From assembly GCA_963594675.1 (NCBI GenBank), contig CAVBGA010000187.1, forward strand, positions 19-64,018: 64,000 bases of DNA, given 5' to 3'. Below are positions 55,341-64,000 of this stretch, one piece after another. Position 1 is the first letter of the stretch. Every line of letters starts with the position of its first letter. The notes beneath the pieces were generated by a model. That model did not search any database, was not told where the DNA came from, and saw only the letters and a program-made list of their open reading frames with translations. Both the position numbers and the translations under genes were made by a program. Source of the DNA: Lachnospiraceae bacterium. Lineage in GTDB: Bacteria; Bacillota; Clostridia; Lachnospirales; Lachnospiraceae.

Positions 55341-55754
55341 ATGACAGCAACAGTAGTATCAGTAATTGTAACAATTTTGGTAATCGCAGCAAAATGGAGA
55401 ATTTTCGACAAGATGGGCGTGGCAGGATGGAAAGCTCTGATCCCTATCTATAGTGGATATATCATTTTTGACAAGATTTGGTCCGGAAAGATGTATCTGG
55501 CAACCCTTGCATTTACATTTGGAAGCATGTTTGCATCAGATATGGCAACCCAGATCGGTGGAAATGCACTTCTTCCCCTGAACCTGTTAGCACTTGCATG
55601 TGGTATCGCAACCCTTGTACTTGCAGTAAAATTCTCAGCTAAACTTTCTAAAGCATTTGGTCACGGAAATGGATTTGCATGTGGCATCCTTTTCCTGAAC
55701 GCCATCTTCATGATGATCCTTGGATTTGGTAAATCCAGCTTCAAAGCAGCATAA
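55341..55754 (+). CDS. small 4-TM membrane protein, DUF5684-like
   Basis: 137 aa. AAKWRIFDKMGVAGWKALIPIYSGYIIF resembles the DUF5684 signature as I recall it. RBS AAAGGAGAA. It is in the same operon as the GG-leader peptide. Confidence 0.65.
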   Translation: MTATVVSVIVTILVIAAKWRIFDKMGVAGWKALIPIYSGYIIFDKIWSGKMYLATLAFTFGSMFASDMATQIGGNALLPLNLLALACGIATLVLAVKFSAKLSKAFGHGNGFACGILFLNAIFMMILGFGKSSFKAA

Positions 55755-55800
55755 GAAACATAAGAGAATATAGAATATATAAGAAAAAGAAATTAAAAAG

Positions 55801-55838
55801 GGATTGCATAGTAGATGAGTACTATGCAGTCCTTTTTG
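55801..55838 (+). terminator. intrinsic terminator
   Basis: GGATTGCATAGTA .. TACTATGCAGTCC followed by TTTTT. Confidence 0.75.
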
Positions 55839-55897
55839 GTTTGCGTCAAGACTTGCTTGCGAGTCTTTCGCGACGGATGGTTACAGTTTTACCAAGC

Positions 55898-57046
55898 TTA
55901 TCTTCGCCTGCCATGCCTTCTGGGCTTATCCTGGTCCTTTACCAAAAGAATGAGTACATAGAGGGGAAGGAGTAAAATAAAGAATACAATCTCATACCAA
56001 TGAAATAATTTGCCAGGGGGTGAGGTTGTAAAATTTATAAGTGTAGCAAGACCGGTAGTTATTAATGCGATAAAGTATATAAAAACAGCAAGCGTGGTAG
56101 CGTCGGTATCTTTATAAAGCATAAATGCTGATACTGCTATAATCATAACAAACAAAAATATTACAAAATAGCCCAATGACTTATACATGCTTGCGTTTGT
56201 TTTGTAGCTACTTTGGGATTTAGCACGGTAGGCTTTAGGAATGCCTTTATAAAAATTATCATCAGGACAAAGTTGCTGTTTAAAACGCTCTACCTGTGAA
56301 TAATACCAAATGTAATAACATACGAGTGCAATGAGAATCAATACCATAATTATCACACAAATCAAAATTATAGTATCTTTGTTTATGGAGCCAATATCTT
56401 TGTTTATGGAGTCAAGTAAATGAGACTGTAAATTGTTTATGGAGGCAGCTAACTTACTATTCTTCAAAAATGGTAGTGCTAATATCACGAGCAAAAATGC
56501 AATTAAAATTCCCCAGAAAATCCTAAAATGCCATATGAAATTTTTAAAAGAAAGTAAATATGGGGGGCAAGGTTCGTGTATGCCTTTTTTGGCCTTTCGG
56601 TAAGATCTTGTTTTATAATTCGAAAGAGCGCAATAATAAGATATTACTATCATAAAATACACAAAAATTATTAAATAAGCATCTAAACTTATAATATTTA
56701 AAGTGTCCTCGCTCATACAAAATGGGTCATCTATTACGAGGGCTAAAAGCACCACTGCTATCAGCAACATAATACCCACAATTAGAAGCCGCGAAGACAG
56801 AGATAGCGAGGCTTTCTCTTGTGAAGAATCGGGTTGAGAAACCTCAGCTTGTACAGGCTCGGGTTGAGAAATATTCTCTTGTACTATTTTAGGGGGAGAT
56901 TCACAAATAGGCTGAGGATGGGCTGGTTGCTTGTTTTTGCTTTTGAAAATATATTTTCTGGCACAACAAATGATTAGTACCATCACAGTTATAAGTAAGA
57001 ATACAGCCCATATCAAAACTACTGTATCAGTGACCTCATCATACAT
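55898..57046 (-). CDS. polytopic membrane protein, hypothetical (AT-rich gene)
   Basis: About 382 aa from MYDEV (RBS AAAGAGG). It has one TM segment, a Pro/Gln-rich linker, then about 7 TM segments. It contains the internal repeat DSINKDIGSINKD. Confidence 0.6.
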   Translation of the reverse strand: MYDEVTDTVVLIWAVFLLITVMVLIICCARKYIFKSKNKQPAHPQPICESPPKIVQENISQPEPVQAEVSQPDSSQEKASLSLSSRLLIVGIMLLIAVVLLALVIDDPFCMSEDTLNIISLDAYLIIFVYFMIVISYYCALSNYKTRSYRKAKKGIHEPCPPYLLSFKNFIWHFRIFWGILIAFLLVILALPFLKNSKLAASINNLQSHLLDSINKDIGSINKDTIILICVIIMVLILIALVCYYIWYYSQVERFKQQLCPDDNFYKGIPKAYRAKSQSSYKTNASMYKSLGYFVIFLFVMIIAVSAFMLYKDTDATTLAVFIYFIALITTGLATLINFTTSPPGKLFHWYEIVFFILLLPLYVLILLVKDQDKPRRHGRRR

Positions 57047-57201
57047 AAAGACCTCTTTTCTTATAACAATATTTAGCGATGTTTTTTCCATTATATTGCC
57101 AGGCGTATTAGTTTTTCAAGGGGGAAACGTGGGTTCGTATGTTATAATAAGATGATCAATTATTGTACACAGAAATTATATAGAAAGTAAGAGAAAATGC
57201 T

Positions 57202-57690
57202 ATGACAAAAGATACAATACCAGAGGGATTTACGGTTCCCATGGCAATTATGGATATGATTCCGGTGATTTTTTTCGGCTTATCAGCTGTGCGGGTGGGA
57301 AGTCTGCTTCACAGCAACATGTTTATGCTGGGGGCCTGGATCTGCCTGTTGGCTGGTGGTGTTAAAGTGCTTTGGAAATTAATTGCAGCTTTATGGAAAA
57401 AGAATATTTGGCCTATGTTTGTACAGATGCGCATATTTATGCCTTTGGGATTTCTGCTTTTAGTGCTGGCCTTGTTTATTAATGGGGGAAAGCTTAGCTT
57501 ATCGGCGATTTTGGCGGGCTTTTTCAGTTTTCCTGCCTTTATATTTTTCTGCATCGGTATTTTGGGAATGATCCTTATGATTTTCTTTGCAGTTTTTATG
57601 GATTCCTCTAATCCCAAGGTGAACTGGCTGGAACAAGGAGTGAATGGCTTGGCTCAGATTTGCATTTTTGTAGGGTTATTGCTGGTGTAA
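57202..57690 (+). CDS. small membrane protein, hypothetical
   Basis: 162 aa with 4-5 TM segments. No family recognised. Confidence 0.55.
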   Translation: MTKDTIPEGFTVPMAIMDMIPVIFFGLSAVRVGSLLHSNMFMLGAWICLLAGGVKVLWKLIAALWKKNIWPMFVQMRIFMPLGFLLLVLALFINGGKLSLSAILAGFFSFPAFIFFCIGILGMILMIFFAVFMDSSNPKVNWLEQGVNGLAQICIFVGLLLV

Positions 57691-57712
57691 ATCAGGTGTA
57701 GATGGGGGAAAT

Positions 57713-60145
57713 ATGCGGGAAGAAATTGTATTTCAGATTTATCATAATCAGGAGCTGGAATTTCGTGTAGAAGAGGGCCTCTCTCTACTTTTTGGGCTAA
57801 ACGGATGTAATCAGATTTCTACAGGAATTGAAAATTACGAGTTGGAGCGTGCGGGACTTCTTTTGATTAATCCCATGGGTATTTATCAGTTGACTTGCCC
57901 AGAAAATAGCGCACTTTTGCATTTACATATGGGGCGTTCTGTGTTACAGACTGTAGGTTGGGATCGGAATAAGCATTGCTATTGTTATGCGCAAAATAAT
58001 AATGGTGAAGAAGAATCTTACCGCAGGATAAGGCAATATCTTGCGGAAATATTTCAGGAATATTTGCAAAATCATAGTTTGTCTCTGGACTACCACAGCC
58101 CATTGCTAAAAATGCTTCGCTGTCTTCAAAGAGATTTTTCAGGCAATTACGGCATGCAGTTGCAAAGAGAGCAAACAGTGCAAAGGATGAAGCATATTCT
58201 GGACTATATACATGAGCACTGGTGGGAGGACCTTTCTTTGTCCGGAGTAGCGGAGCAGGAATATTTGTCCAGCAGTTATCTATCCCGGTTTTTTCAGAAG
58301 AATCTAAATGTAAGCTTTTCCCAATATATTAAGAGATTACGGTTAATCCATGCGTCCCGAATGCTGATACAGACGGAGGAATCTGTTACAAGGATTGCCT
58401 ATGATTGTGGTTTTAAAACACCTAGTGCCTTTATTGAGGCCTTTAAGCAGCTGTATCAAAAGACACCCAAGCAATTTCGGGATGTAAGGCATCAATTGCA
58501 GAGAGAGCAGACGGTAGGTCTTCCTCAAGAGAGGATGCGAAGTGATGTGTCGGCTCTATTAGAGTATTCTCCTAAGAAATCACATGAGCCAAGTATGCGA
58601 GAAATCTCCTTACAACTTGATTGTACTCAGGGAAAGGGAAGAAAAATCAAATGGCGACGAATGTTAAATATTGGTTATGCCAGAGATGGGTTGTTAGCTC
58701 CAGTGCAGGAACAAATTCGCCGGGCCCAGGAAGAAATTGGCTATGAATATATCCGTTTTCATGGAATTTTAGATAGTGATATGCATGTATACTGGGAAGA
58801 TGAAAATGGAAAGCCCTATTTTCATTTTACTTATGTAAATATGCTCTTCGATTTTATTTTGTCCTTGGGATTAAAACCTTATGTGGAACTTAGCTTTATG
58901 CCGTCACAGCTAGCTAGGGAGCAAACCCGAATTTTTGACCGTTCTTCAGTCTTTTCTGGCTGCATTGCCTTGGATAAATGGAGGAATTTAATTCGTGCTG
59001 TTGTACAGAATTTTATAGATCGATATGGCAGAGAAGAAGTTTTACAGTGGAGATTTACGACCATTAGCCGTAGTTATATGCATTTGGGCTGTATTCTTCC
59101 GGAGGATTATGATGCACTTTATGAGAACTGTTATCGAGGGGTTAAATCTGTAGATTCTGAACTTAGTTTTGGGGGTCCGGGATGTTTTGCCTATTTAATT
59201 CAGGAAGCAAATGGTTTTTCACAGTTTTTTGATTTGGCAAGAGAGCGGGATTGCATCCCAGACTTTATCACGATGCAGTGTCATCCCCATGATCAGTCGG
59301 CGGAGGATGGGCTTTTTATGAGTTATACTTATAATCAGCAGTCGGCTCCAGCGGTGCTTTCGGATGATGATGATTTCCTTTTACATTCCATGCAGAAGCT
59401 GAAAGCCTTGTTGAAAGAATATGGGATGGAAGATAAGGAAATTTTTATCGAAGAATGTACGTCGACTCTGTGGCAGCGGGATTTGTCAGGAGACACCTGC
59501 TATAAGGCTTCCTGGTTGGCAAAAAATGTTTGTGATAACGAAGATATGGCGGTATTTGGTTATTGGCTGTTGACGGATTTTATGGAGGAAAGAGCTCGAT
59601 TGGAAAGTGTGTATCATGGCGGTTACGGCATGTTTACTTACAATGGAATTCCCAAGGCCAGTTATTATTCTATGGTGTTGCTGGGACAGCTGGGCAATGA
59701 AATTGTAGCAAAAGGGGAAAACTGGATGCTCACCAGAAAAGGGGAGGAGTATCAAATGATTCTCTTTAATTGCAGTCGCTATAGTAGTATTTATCGCTAT
59801 CGTTACCAACGCTTGGAAAATCCAGAGGATGCCTATTCTGTATTTGAACAGGGAGAGAAGCTGCATTTTCGCTTTTGTCTGGAGCATCTTCCTGAGGGCA
59901 ATTATCTGATAGAACAGACAAAAATTTCTCGAGAACAAGGTTCTTCTTTTGATCAATGGTTAGAGTTGGGAGCGCCTCCTTGCCCAGATGTAAAATCTGT
60001 AGCCTATCTAAAGAAATACAGTCATCCTATGAATACTGTGAAACGTCGAGAGGCTCAAAATGGTTTGCACTTTTCCTTGGAAATGGCACCTATGGATACG
60101 ATGCTTATTAAAATTAGTCCGGAAAAACAGGGAAATATTAGATAG
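57713..60145 (+). CDS. AraC-family regulator fused to a GH39-like (beta-xylosidase-like) domain
   Basis: 810 aa. The AraC HTH is around residues 170-260 (YLSRFFQKNLNVSFSQYIKRLRLIHASRML..AYDCGFKTPSAFIEAFK). The C-terminal about 500 aa align with my recollection of Thermoanaerobacterium XynB (YIRFHG, PYVELSFMP, RYGREEVLQW, HGGYGMF). Confidence 0.85.
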   Translation: MREEIVFQIYHNQELEFRVEEGLSLLFGLNGCNQISTGIENYELERAGLLLINPMGIYQLTCPENSALLHLHMGRSVLQTVGWDRNKHCYCYAQNNNGEEESYRRIRQYLAEIFQEYLQNHSLSLDYHSPLLKMLRCLQRDFSGNYGMQLQREQTVQRMKHILDYIHEHWWEDLSLSGVAEQEYLSSSYLSRFFQKNLNVSFSQYIKRLRLIHASRMLIQTEESVTRIAYDCGFKTPSAFIEAFKQLYQKTPKQFRDVRHQLQREQTVGLPQERMRSDVSALLEYSPKKSHEPSMREISLQLDCTQGKGRKIKWRRMLNIGYARDGLLAPVQEQIRRAQEEIGYEYIRFHGILDSDMHVYWEDENGKPYFHFTYVNMLFDFILSLGLKPYVELSFMPSQLAREQTRIFDRSSVFSGCIALDKWRNLIRAVVQNFIDRYGREEVLQWRFTTISRSYMHLGCILPEDYDALYENCYRGVKSVDSELSFGGPGCFAYLIQEANGFSQFFDLARERDCIPDFITMQCHPHDQSAEDGLFMSYTYNQQSAPAVLSDDDDFLLHSMQKLKALLKEYGMEDKEIFIEECTSTLWQRDLSGDTCYKASWLAKNVCDNEDMAVFGYWLLTDFMEERARLESVYHGGYGMFTYNGIPKASYYSMVLLGQLGNEIVAKGENWMLTRKGEEYQMILFNCSRYSSIYRYRYQRLENPEDAYSVFEQGEKLHFRFCLEHLPEGNYLIEQTKISREQGSSFDQWLELGAPPCPDVKSVAYLKKYSHPMNTVKRREAQNGLHFSLEMAPMDTMLIKISPEKQGNIR

Positions 60146-60384
60146 CTTCGGTTAAAGAGGAAAAATTTTCTTGAAAAACGTAATGTAGAAAATACGATGA
60201 TATTTTTATATCGAATATATGACCTTTTTCTTAGGGCACGAGAGTAATCCTGTGCCCTAAAATGGTAAAAGGGAAATAAAAAGTGGAAAGGATCCTTCTA
60301 TTTCTTGTGTATTTTTAGAGATACAATATTTGCATAAAAGGAAAAACCTGCGCAGGTGTTTTGGAGAGAAAGGAGAATCCCTAT

Positions 60385-61755
60385 ATGGAATCTACAAAGA
60401 AAACAGGAGGTCGAGAAATCCTTCGCACCTCAATTATAGAAAAACTGGCATATGGTATGGGCGATGTTGCCTGCAATGTGGTATTTGCCATTACCTCCAG
60501 CCTGTTAGTATATTTTTACACAAATGTGGTGGGTATATCTGCAGCTTTAGTGGGTACTATCCTCTTGGTATCCCGTATCTTTGACGGTGTATCTGATTTG
60601 GCAATGGCTCAGATCATGGACAAGGTAAATTCAAAACGTGGAAAATATCGTTCCTGGGTACTATGGATGGCAATTCCTTATGGATTAAGTGCTATTTTGT
60701 TAGTGTGTGTTCCGGGCCATGCCACGACAGCTGTGCAGGCGGCATACATTTTTATTACCTATAATCTCTGCACAACGGTATGCTATACAGCATTGAATCT
60801 GCCCTATTCTTCCTTGGCACCTACCATGACAAACGATGATCAGGACCTGGCAAAACTGAACCTTTTCCGTATGTCCATGTCCCCCATCGGAAATTTGATC
60901 ATTACCGCATTGACACTTCCCTTTATCAATAAACTGGGAGGAGATCGTCGTGCATGGATTATCGTTACTACGATTTATGCAATCATTGCTTTCTTTATGT
61001 TGCTTTGGACCTATTGTGGCTGTAAAGAGCGTTTTCATCCTCAGGCAGCAAAAGAAGCAGAGGGTCTGCCTCTTTTGACCCGCTTAGGTGCAGCTATGAG
61101 AAATAAATATTTCATTATGCTGACCCTGACCATGATTGCGGTATCTCTTTATCAGAATGTAAATGGAACATGTACTACTTACTATGCGCAGTATGTGTTG
61201 GGTAATGCTGAAGTTATGGGAATTCTCCAGACCGCAGAGAAGATTCCCTGGATTATCGGTGTTATTATTCTGGCACCTTTTATCAAAAGATTTGGTAAAC
61301 GTAACTTGGTTATGGCAGGAGCTCTTTTGAATGTAGTAGCAATGATTTTGGTACAATTTGCTCCCACAAGTTATCCGATTCTTATTGGCTCAGCAATTTT
61401 AAGAGGTGCTGGAGAAGCTCCCTTCTATGGCTGTATCTTTACTATGATTGCCGATGCTATCGAGTTTGGACATTGGAAAACAGGTATTCGTGTCCATGCC
61501 CTTCTTTTCTCAGCATTTACGGTAGGACAGAAGTTAGGCGGCGGTATTGCAGCTTGGGCCATTGGTCAGTTGATGGAGATGTCAGGATTTACCGGTTTGG
61601 AAGTAGAAATTCCTTCCGCAGTAGCTATGGTACAAAATCTCTATATCTGGGGTTCTGTTGTGGCATGGGGTGCCGTTGTTGTGATTATGCTCTTCTATCA
61701 TTTGGATAAGGAATATGACGGTATCATTGCGGATTTGGCAGAACGGGAAGTGTAA
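60385..61755 (+). CDS. GPH-family (glycoside-pentoside-hexuronide:cation) MFS symporter
   Basis: Start MESTKK with RBS AAAGGAGAA. EKLAYGMGDVACNVVF and the RIFDGVSDL motif are typical of MelB/XylP/UidB-like carriers. Confidence 0.85.
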   Translation: MESTKKTGGREILRTSIIEKLAYGMGDVACNVVFAITSSLLVYFYTNVVGISAALVGTILLVSRIFDGVSDLAMAQIMDKVNSKRGKYRSWVLWMAIPYGLSAILLVCVPGHATTAVQAAYIFITYNLCTTVCYTALNLPYSSLAPTMTNDDQDLAKLNLFRMSMSPIGNLIITALTLPFINKLGGDRRAWIIVTTIYAIIAFFMLLWTYCGCKERFHPQAAKEAEGLPLLTRLGAAMRNKYFIMLTLTMIAVSLYQNVNGTCTTYYAQYVLGNAEVMGILQTAEKIPWIIGVIILAPFIKRFGKRNLVMAGALLNVVAMILVQFAPTSYPILIGSAILRGAGEAPFYGCIFTMIADAIEFGHWKTGIRVHALLFSAFTVGQKLGGGIAAWAIGQLMEMSGFTGLEVEIPSAVAMVQNLYIWGSVVAWGAVVVIMLFYHLDKEYDGIIADLAEREV

Positions 61756-61758
61756 ATT

Positions 61759-63627
61759 ATGAAATATGAGAAATTAAAAAAGGATTCAATTTATACATAC
61801 TCAAAAATTGACCAGATTGATCCTCTCCATCCCTATCGCCCAGAGTATCATGGGACTTTTGAATTGGAATGGAAGGTTGGCGGTGAGAATGGTAAAAGTC
61901 GTCGCATGCTGGCTTATGTTCCAGAAGATGTGAGAGATTCCACGGCTGGACTTATGGTGCTGGGACCCGATGGGGTTTCAGCGGATGAGCTGCTAGAAGA
62001 AAGTGGCTGGAGGGAAATCGCGGATAGCGAGGAATGCAAGGAAAAACTGATTGTTTTCTTCTTGGAGGCAGAGCGTAGGAGCGATAATCCTCTTACTGAC
62101 AGTGTCGGCAGCTGGTGTGTAGATGAGACTTACGGAAAAGTAGATGGCGACGTAGCTTATATAAATGAAGCAGCCCTGACAGCAGCAGAAAGATTTCTTT
62201 TCTGTGTCCATGAATCTAAATTTTATCTTGTAGGCTATGAGGCTGGTGGCACTATGGCGCATATGGCAGTGGCCTGGAATCCAGCATTTTATGCGGGGCT
62301 TGTTACCGTGGCGGCTCCTGAAGTGTCAGAAAAATATTTGAAAGCGGCAGGAGAGGACTATTGCCTGAATCTGGATGGATATGAGGATCCTAAGCATCGT
62401 AAAGGAATCAAAAAAGGGGATATTCCCATGCCGGTTTGGATTATTGATGATTCCAATGTCCCCACGGAAGCTGCTTTGAATTACTGGAAAAAAGCTTGTG
62501 GTACGGAGAAAAAACCAAGACAGTTGCGATTTGACCAGCTGGAATTTTATCGAGAGGCTGAGACAAAGTATCCTATGAATCAGGAAAAAGAAGCCTATCG
62601 TGTCTGCTATAGCAATGTTCCTGGAGCGTCAAAGAATTATGCTAAGAATTTGCAGCGAAGAATTTGGAAGGATTTCCTATATAGACAGCGCAGATGGATG
62701 GGTTGTCCAGGAGGAGAGCTGCGAGTGACCAAGGATCCAGTGAAAGATCTAGGGATGGAATACCACTATGAACTTTTTGATGGTTGGATGCGGGAATGGT
62801 ATGTCTATGTTCCTGAGAGTGTGAAAGAAAAGTTGGCGCAGAGCAAAGCAGCAGATAAAACCTCAAATATAAGGTTTCCCTTGGTTTTGGCAATGCATGG
62901 CTATACCTGTTCTGGTGAAATTTATGCAGGAAATAGTGGATGGACAAAGGTTGCCGACAAATATGGATTTATTGTAATTTTCCCTTCGGCTTTACATGGA
63001 AGAGTGGTTATGCCGGAAAATGGCTTGGATGAAAACTGGACATCTTTGGCAGCTTGGAATGTCTTTGAAGAAGATGATCGGCCAGATGAATTGCGATTTT
63101 TTGAACATATGCTGGATCAAACCATGGTAAACTATCCCATTGACAAATCAGCGGTATTTGCCACAGGTCATTCCTGGGGTTCCTTAATGACAGAAATGTT
63201 GGCTTTAGGATTGACAGACCGCTTTACAGCGGTTGCCCCCTGCTCTGGAGCTTTCTTCGGAGGATCTTATGAAAGAATGACGCAAAATCCCAAATTAAAT
63301 CCCTATAATGGAAAGGAACTTCCGTTGTGGATGTTTTGGGGAACTGAGGAAGAATGGCTGATTCCTGCAGAACCGACTCATGACAATGAAAGTGGGAAAA
63401 CTTTGGAAATGTGGTTAAAGAAAAATCACAAGGAAGAGCAAATACCAGAGGCTTGGTCGGAATGTAAAGGTAATGTATGTGGACGATTTATTGACCATGA
63501 ATTCGTTAAGGAAGGAACCGCAGATGTGCGGTTTACCCAGGTGGATTATATGCCACATGCCACCATGCCGGAAATGAGCTTCCGGATATGGGAGGAGTTT
63601 TTTGCGCAGTATGTTACTGTGAAATGA
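61759..63627 (+). CDS. tandem alpha/beta-hydrolase: esterase of the PHB-depolymerase/feruloyl-esterase (LpqC-like) family
   Basis: 622 aa. The C-terminal half has PLVLAMHGYT.., FIVIFPSAL and the nucleophile elbow GHSWG. The N-terminal half is a diverged copy with GYEAGG in the equivalent place. Confidence 0.75.
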   Translation: MKYEKLKKDSIYTYSKIDQIDPLHPYRPEYHGTFELEWKVGGENGKSRRMLAYVPEDVRDSTAGLMVLGPDGVSADELLEESGWREIADSEECKEKLIVFFLEAERRSDNPLTDSVGSWCVDETYGKVDGDVAYINEAALTAAERFLFCVHESKFYLVGYEAGGTMAHMAVAWNPAFYAGLVTVAAPEVSEKYLKAAGEDYCLNLDGYEDPKHRKGIKKGDIPMPVWIIDDSNVPTEAALNYWKKACGTEKKPRQLRFDQLEFYREAETKYPMNQEKEAYRVCYSNVPGASKNYAKNLQRRIWKDFLYRQRRWMGCPGGELRVTKDPVKDLGMEYHYELFDGWMREWYVYVPESVKEKLAQSKAADKTSNIRFPLVLAMHGYTCSGEIYAGNSGWTKVADKYGFIVIFPSALHGRVVMPENGLDENWTSLAAWNVFEEDDRPDELRFFEHMLDQTMVNYPIDKSAVFATGHSWGSLMTEMLALGLTDRFTAVAPCSGAFFGGSYERMTQNPKLNPYNGKELPLWMFWGTEEEWLIPAEPTHDNESGKTLEMWLKKNHKEEQIPEAWSECKGNVCGRFIDHEFVKEGTADVRFTQVDYMPHATMPEMSFRIWEEFFAQYVTVK

Positions 63628-63654
63628 GTTGAAAGTGTAAATTTATAGAATATA

Positions 63655-63698
63655 GAACCCTCTGTCGCAGAGAATGTGGCAGGGGGTTCTGTTTGCTT
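63655..63698 (+). terminator. intrinsic terminator
   Basis: GAACCCTCTGTC .. GGCAGGGGGTTC (with G-U pairs) followed by TGTTTGCTT. Confidence 0.7.
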
Positions 63699-64000
63699 AC
63701 GTTAATTTCCACTCCCATTAATGATTTTTTGGGATAGGGTATTGTTTAAGTGCAATAGAATGCAGGTATGACCTGATTGGATGATTATAGGATCATAGGG
63801 TTGTTCGCTTACATATATATTTTTTCTATGCCAGTCGCAACGGCATCAACATCCATATTCCATAGGGACTCTAATTATTTGCGAGATGCTTCTACGGATT
63901 CAATTACACCAGGCCAGCTCATCGTACGAATTGCATTCACGTACTCTTGAGCTACTTCTTTATTAGGGATGCTTACCAACCCTTTAAATTTCAGAATTTA

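Noticed and set aside
63875-64000. Minus-strand reading frame ending at 63875 (..KEVAQEYVNAIRTMSWPGVIESVEASRK*) that looked like the C-terminus of a gene continuing beyond the window
   Set aside because: The same frame has a stop codon at the window edge (63998-64000). The ORF is therefore at most 40 codons with no plausible start. It may be a remnant but is unsupported.

Overview
This is a 64-kb chromosomal window from a low-to-moderate GC Firmicute (roughly 40% by eye, not computed). Gene content and protein sequences look most like a gut Clostridia/Lachnospiraceae-type genome, which is an inference. I can support about 57 protein genes, one tRNA-Arg(CCU), one cobalamin riboswitch, a possible T-box leader, several intrinsic terminators and at least four gene remnants. 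I saw no rRNA, CRISPR array, transposase, integrase or obvious prophage. Housekeeping genes include proS, hcp, a D-amino-acid aminotransferase and a LOG-family protein. The window is transport-heavy. It holds six diverged MATE efflux genes, three LysR regulators, an SSF symporter, an NhaC-type carrier and a GPH symporter. It also holds a B12-riboswitch-controlled Opp/Nik-type ABC importer next to a split CopZ-like/Zn-Cd-type P1B-ATPase efflux operon. Catabolic loci are a putrescine aminotransferase/aldehyde dehydrogenase operon beside a LuxR-GAF regulator, and a glycoside/esterase locus with an AraC-GH39-like fusion regulator. Six observations stand out. (1) Two diverged paralogs encode an about 83-aa peptide with a textbook double-glycine (bacteriocin-type) leader fused to an SH3b-like domain; one is co-operonic with a small DUF5684-like membrane protein, and no export or processing genes are nearby. 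(2) A 165-nt non-coding element occurs twice (9657-9823, 19652-19815). It has a 46-nt identical core, conserved hairpins, a CU-rich anti-Shine-Dalgarno-like stretch and an intrinsic terminator, making it a candidate small RNA or leader. (3) A terminator-plus-promoter module (CTTATGG, then a fixed 38 nt to an extended -10) recurs upstream of the peptide genes and of MATE genes. (4) A 40-nt repeat is shared by the metal-ATPase leader and a His-rich secreted-peptide locus. (5) A translationally coupled hypothetical/Sel1-repeat gene pair is followed by a P-loop ATPase-wHTH gene with an odd A-rich repetitive leader. (6) An 800-bp non-coding stretch contains a 168-bp imperfect palindrome. All functional interpretations of these six are inference and need the database or experimental checks listed under each finding.
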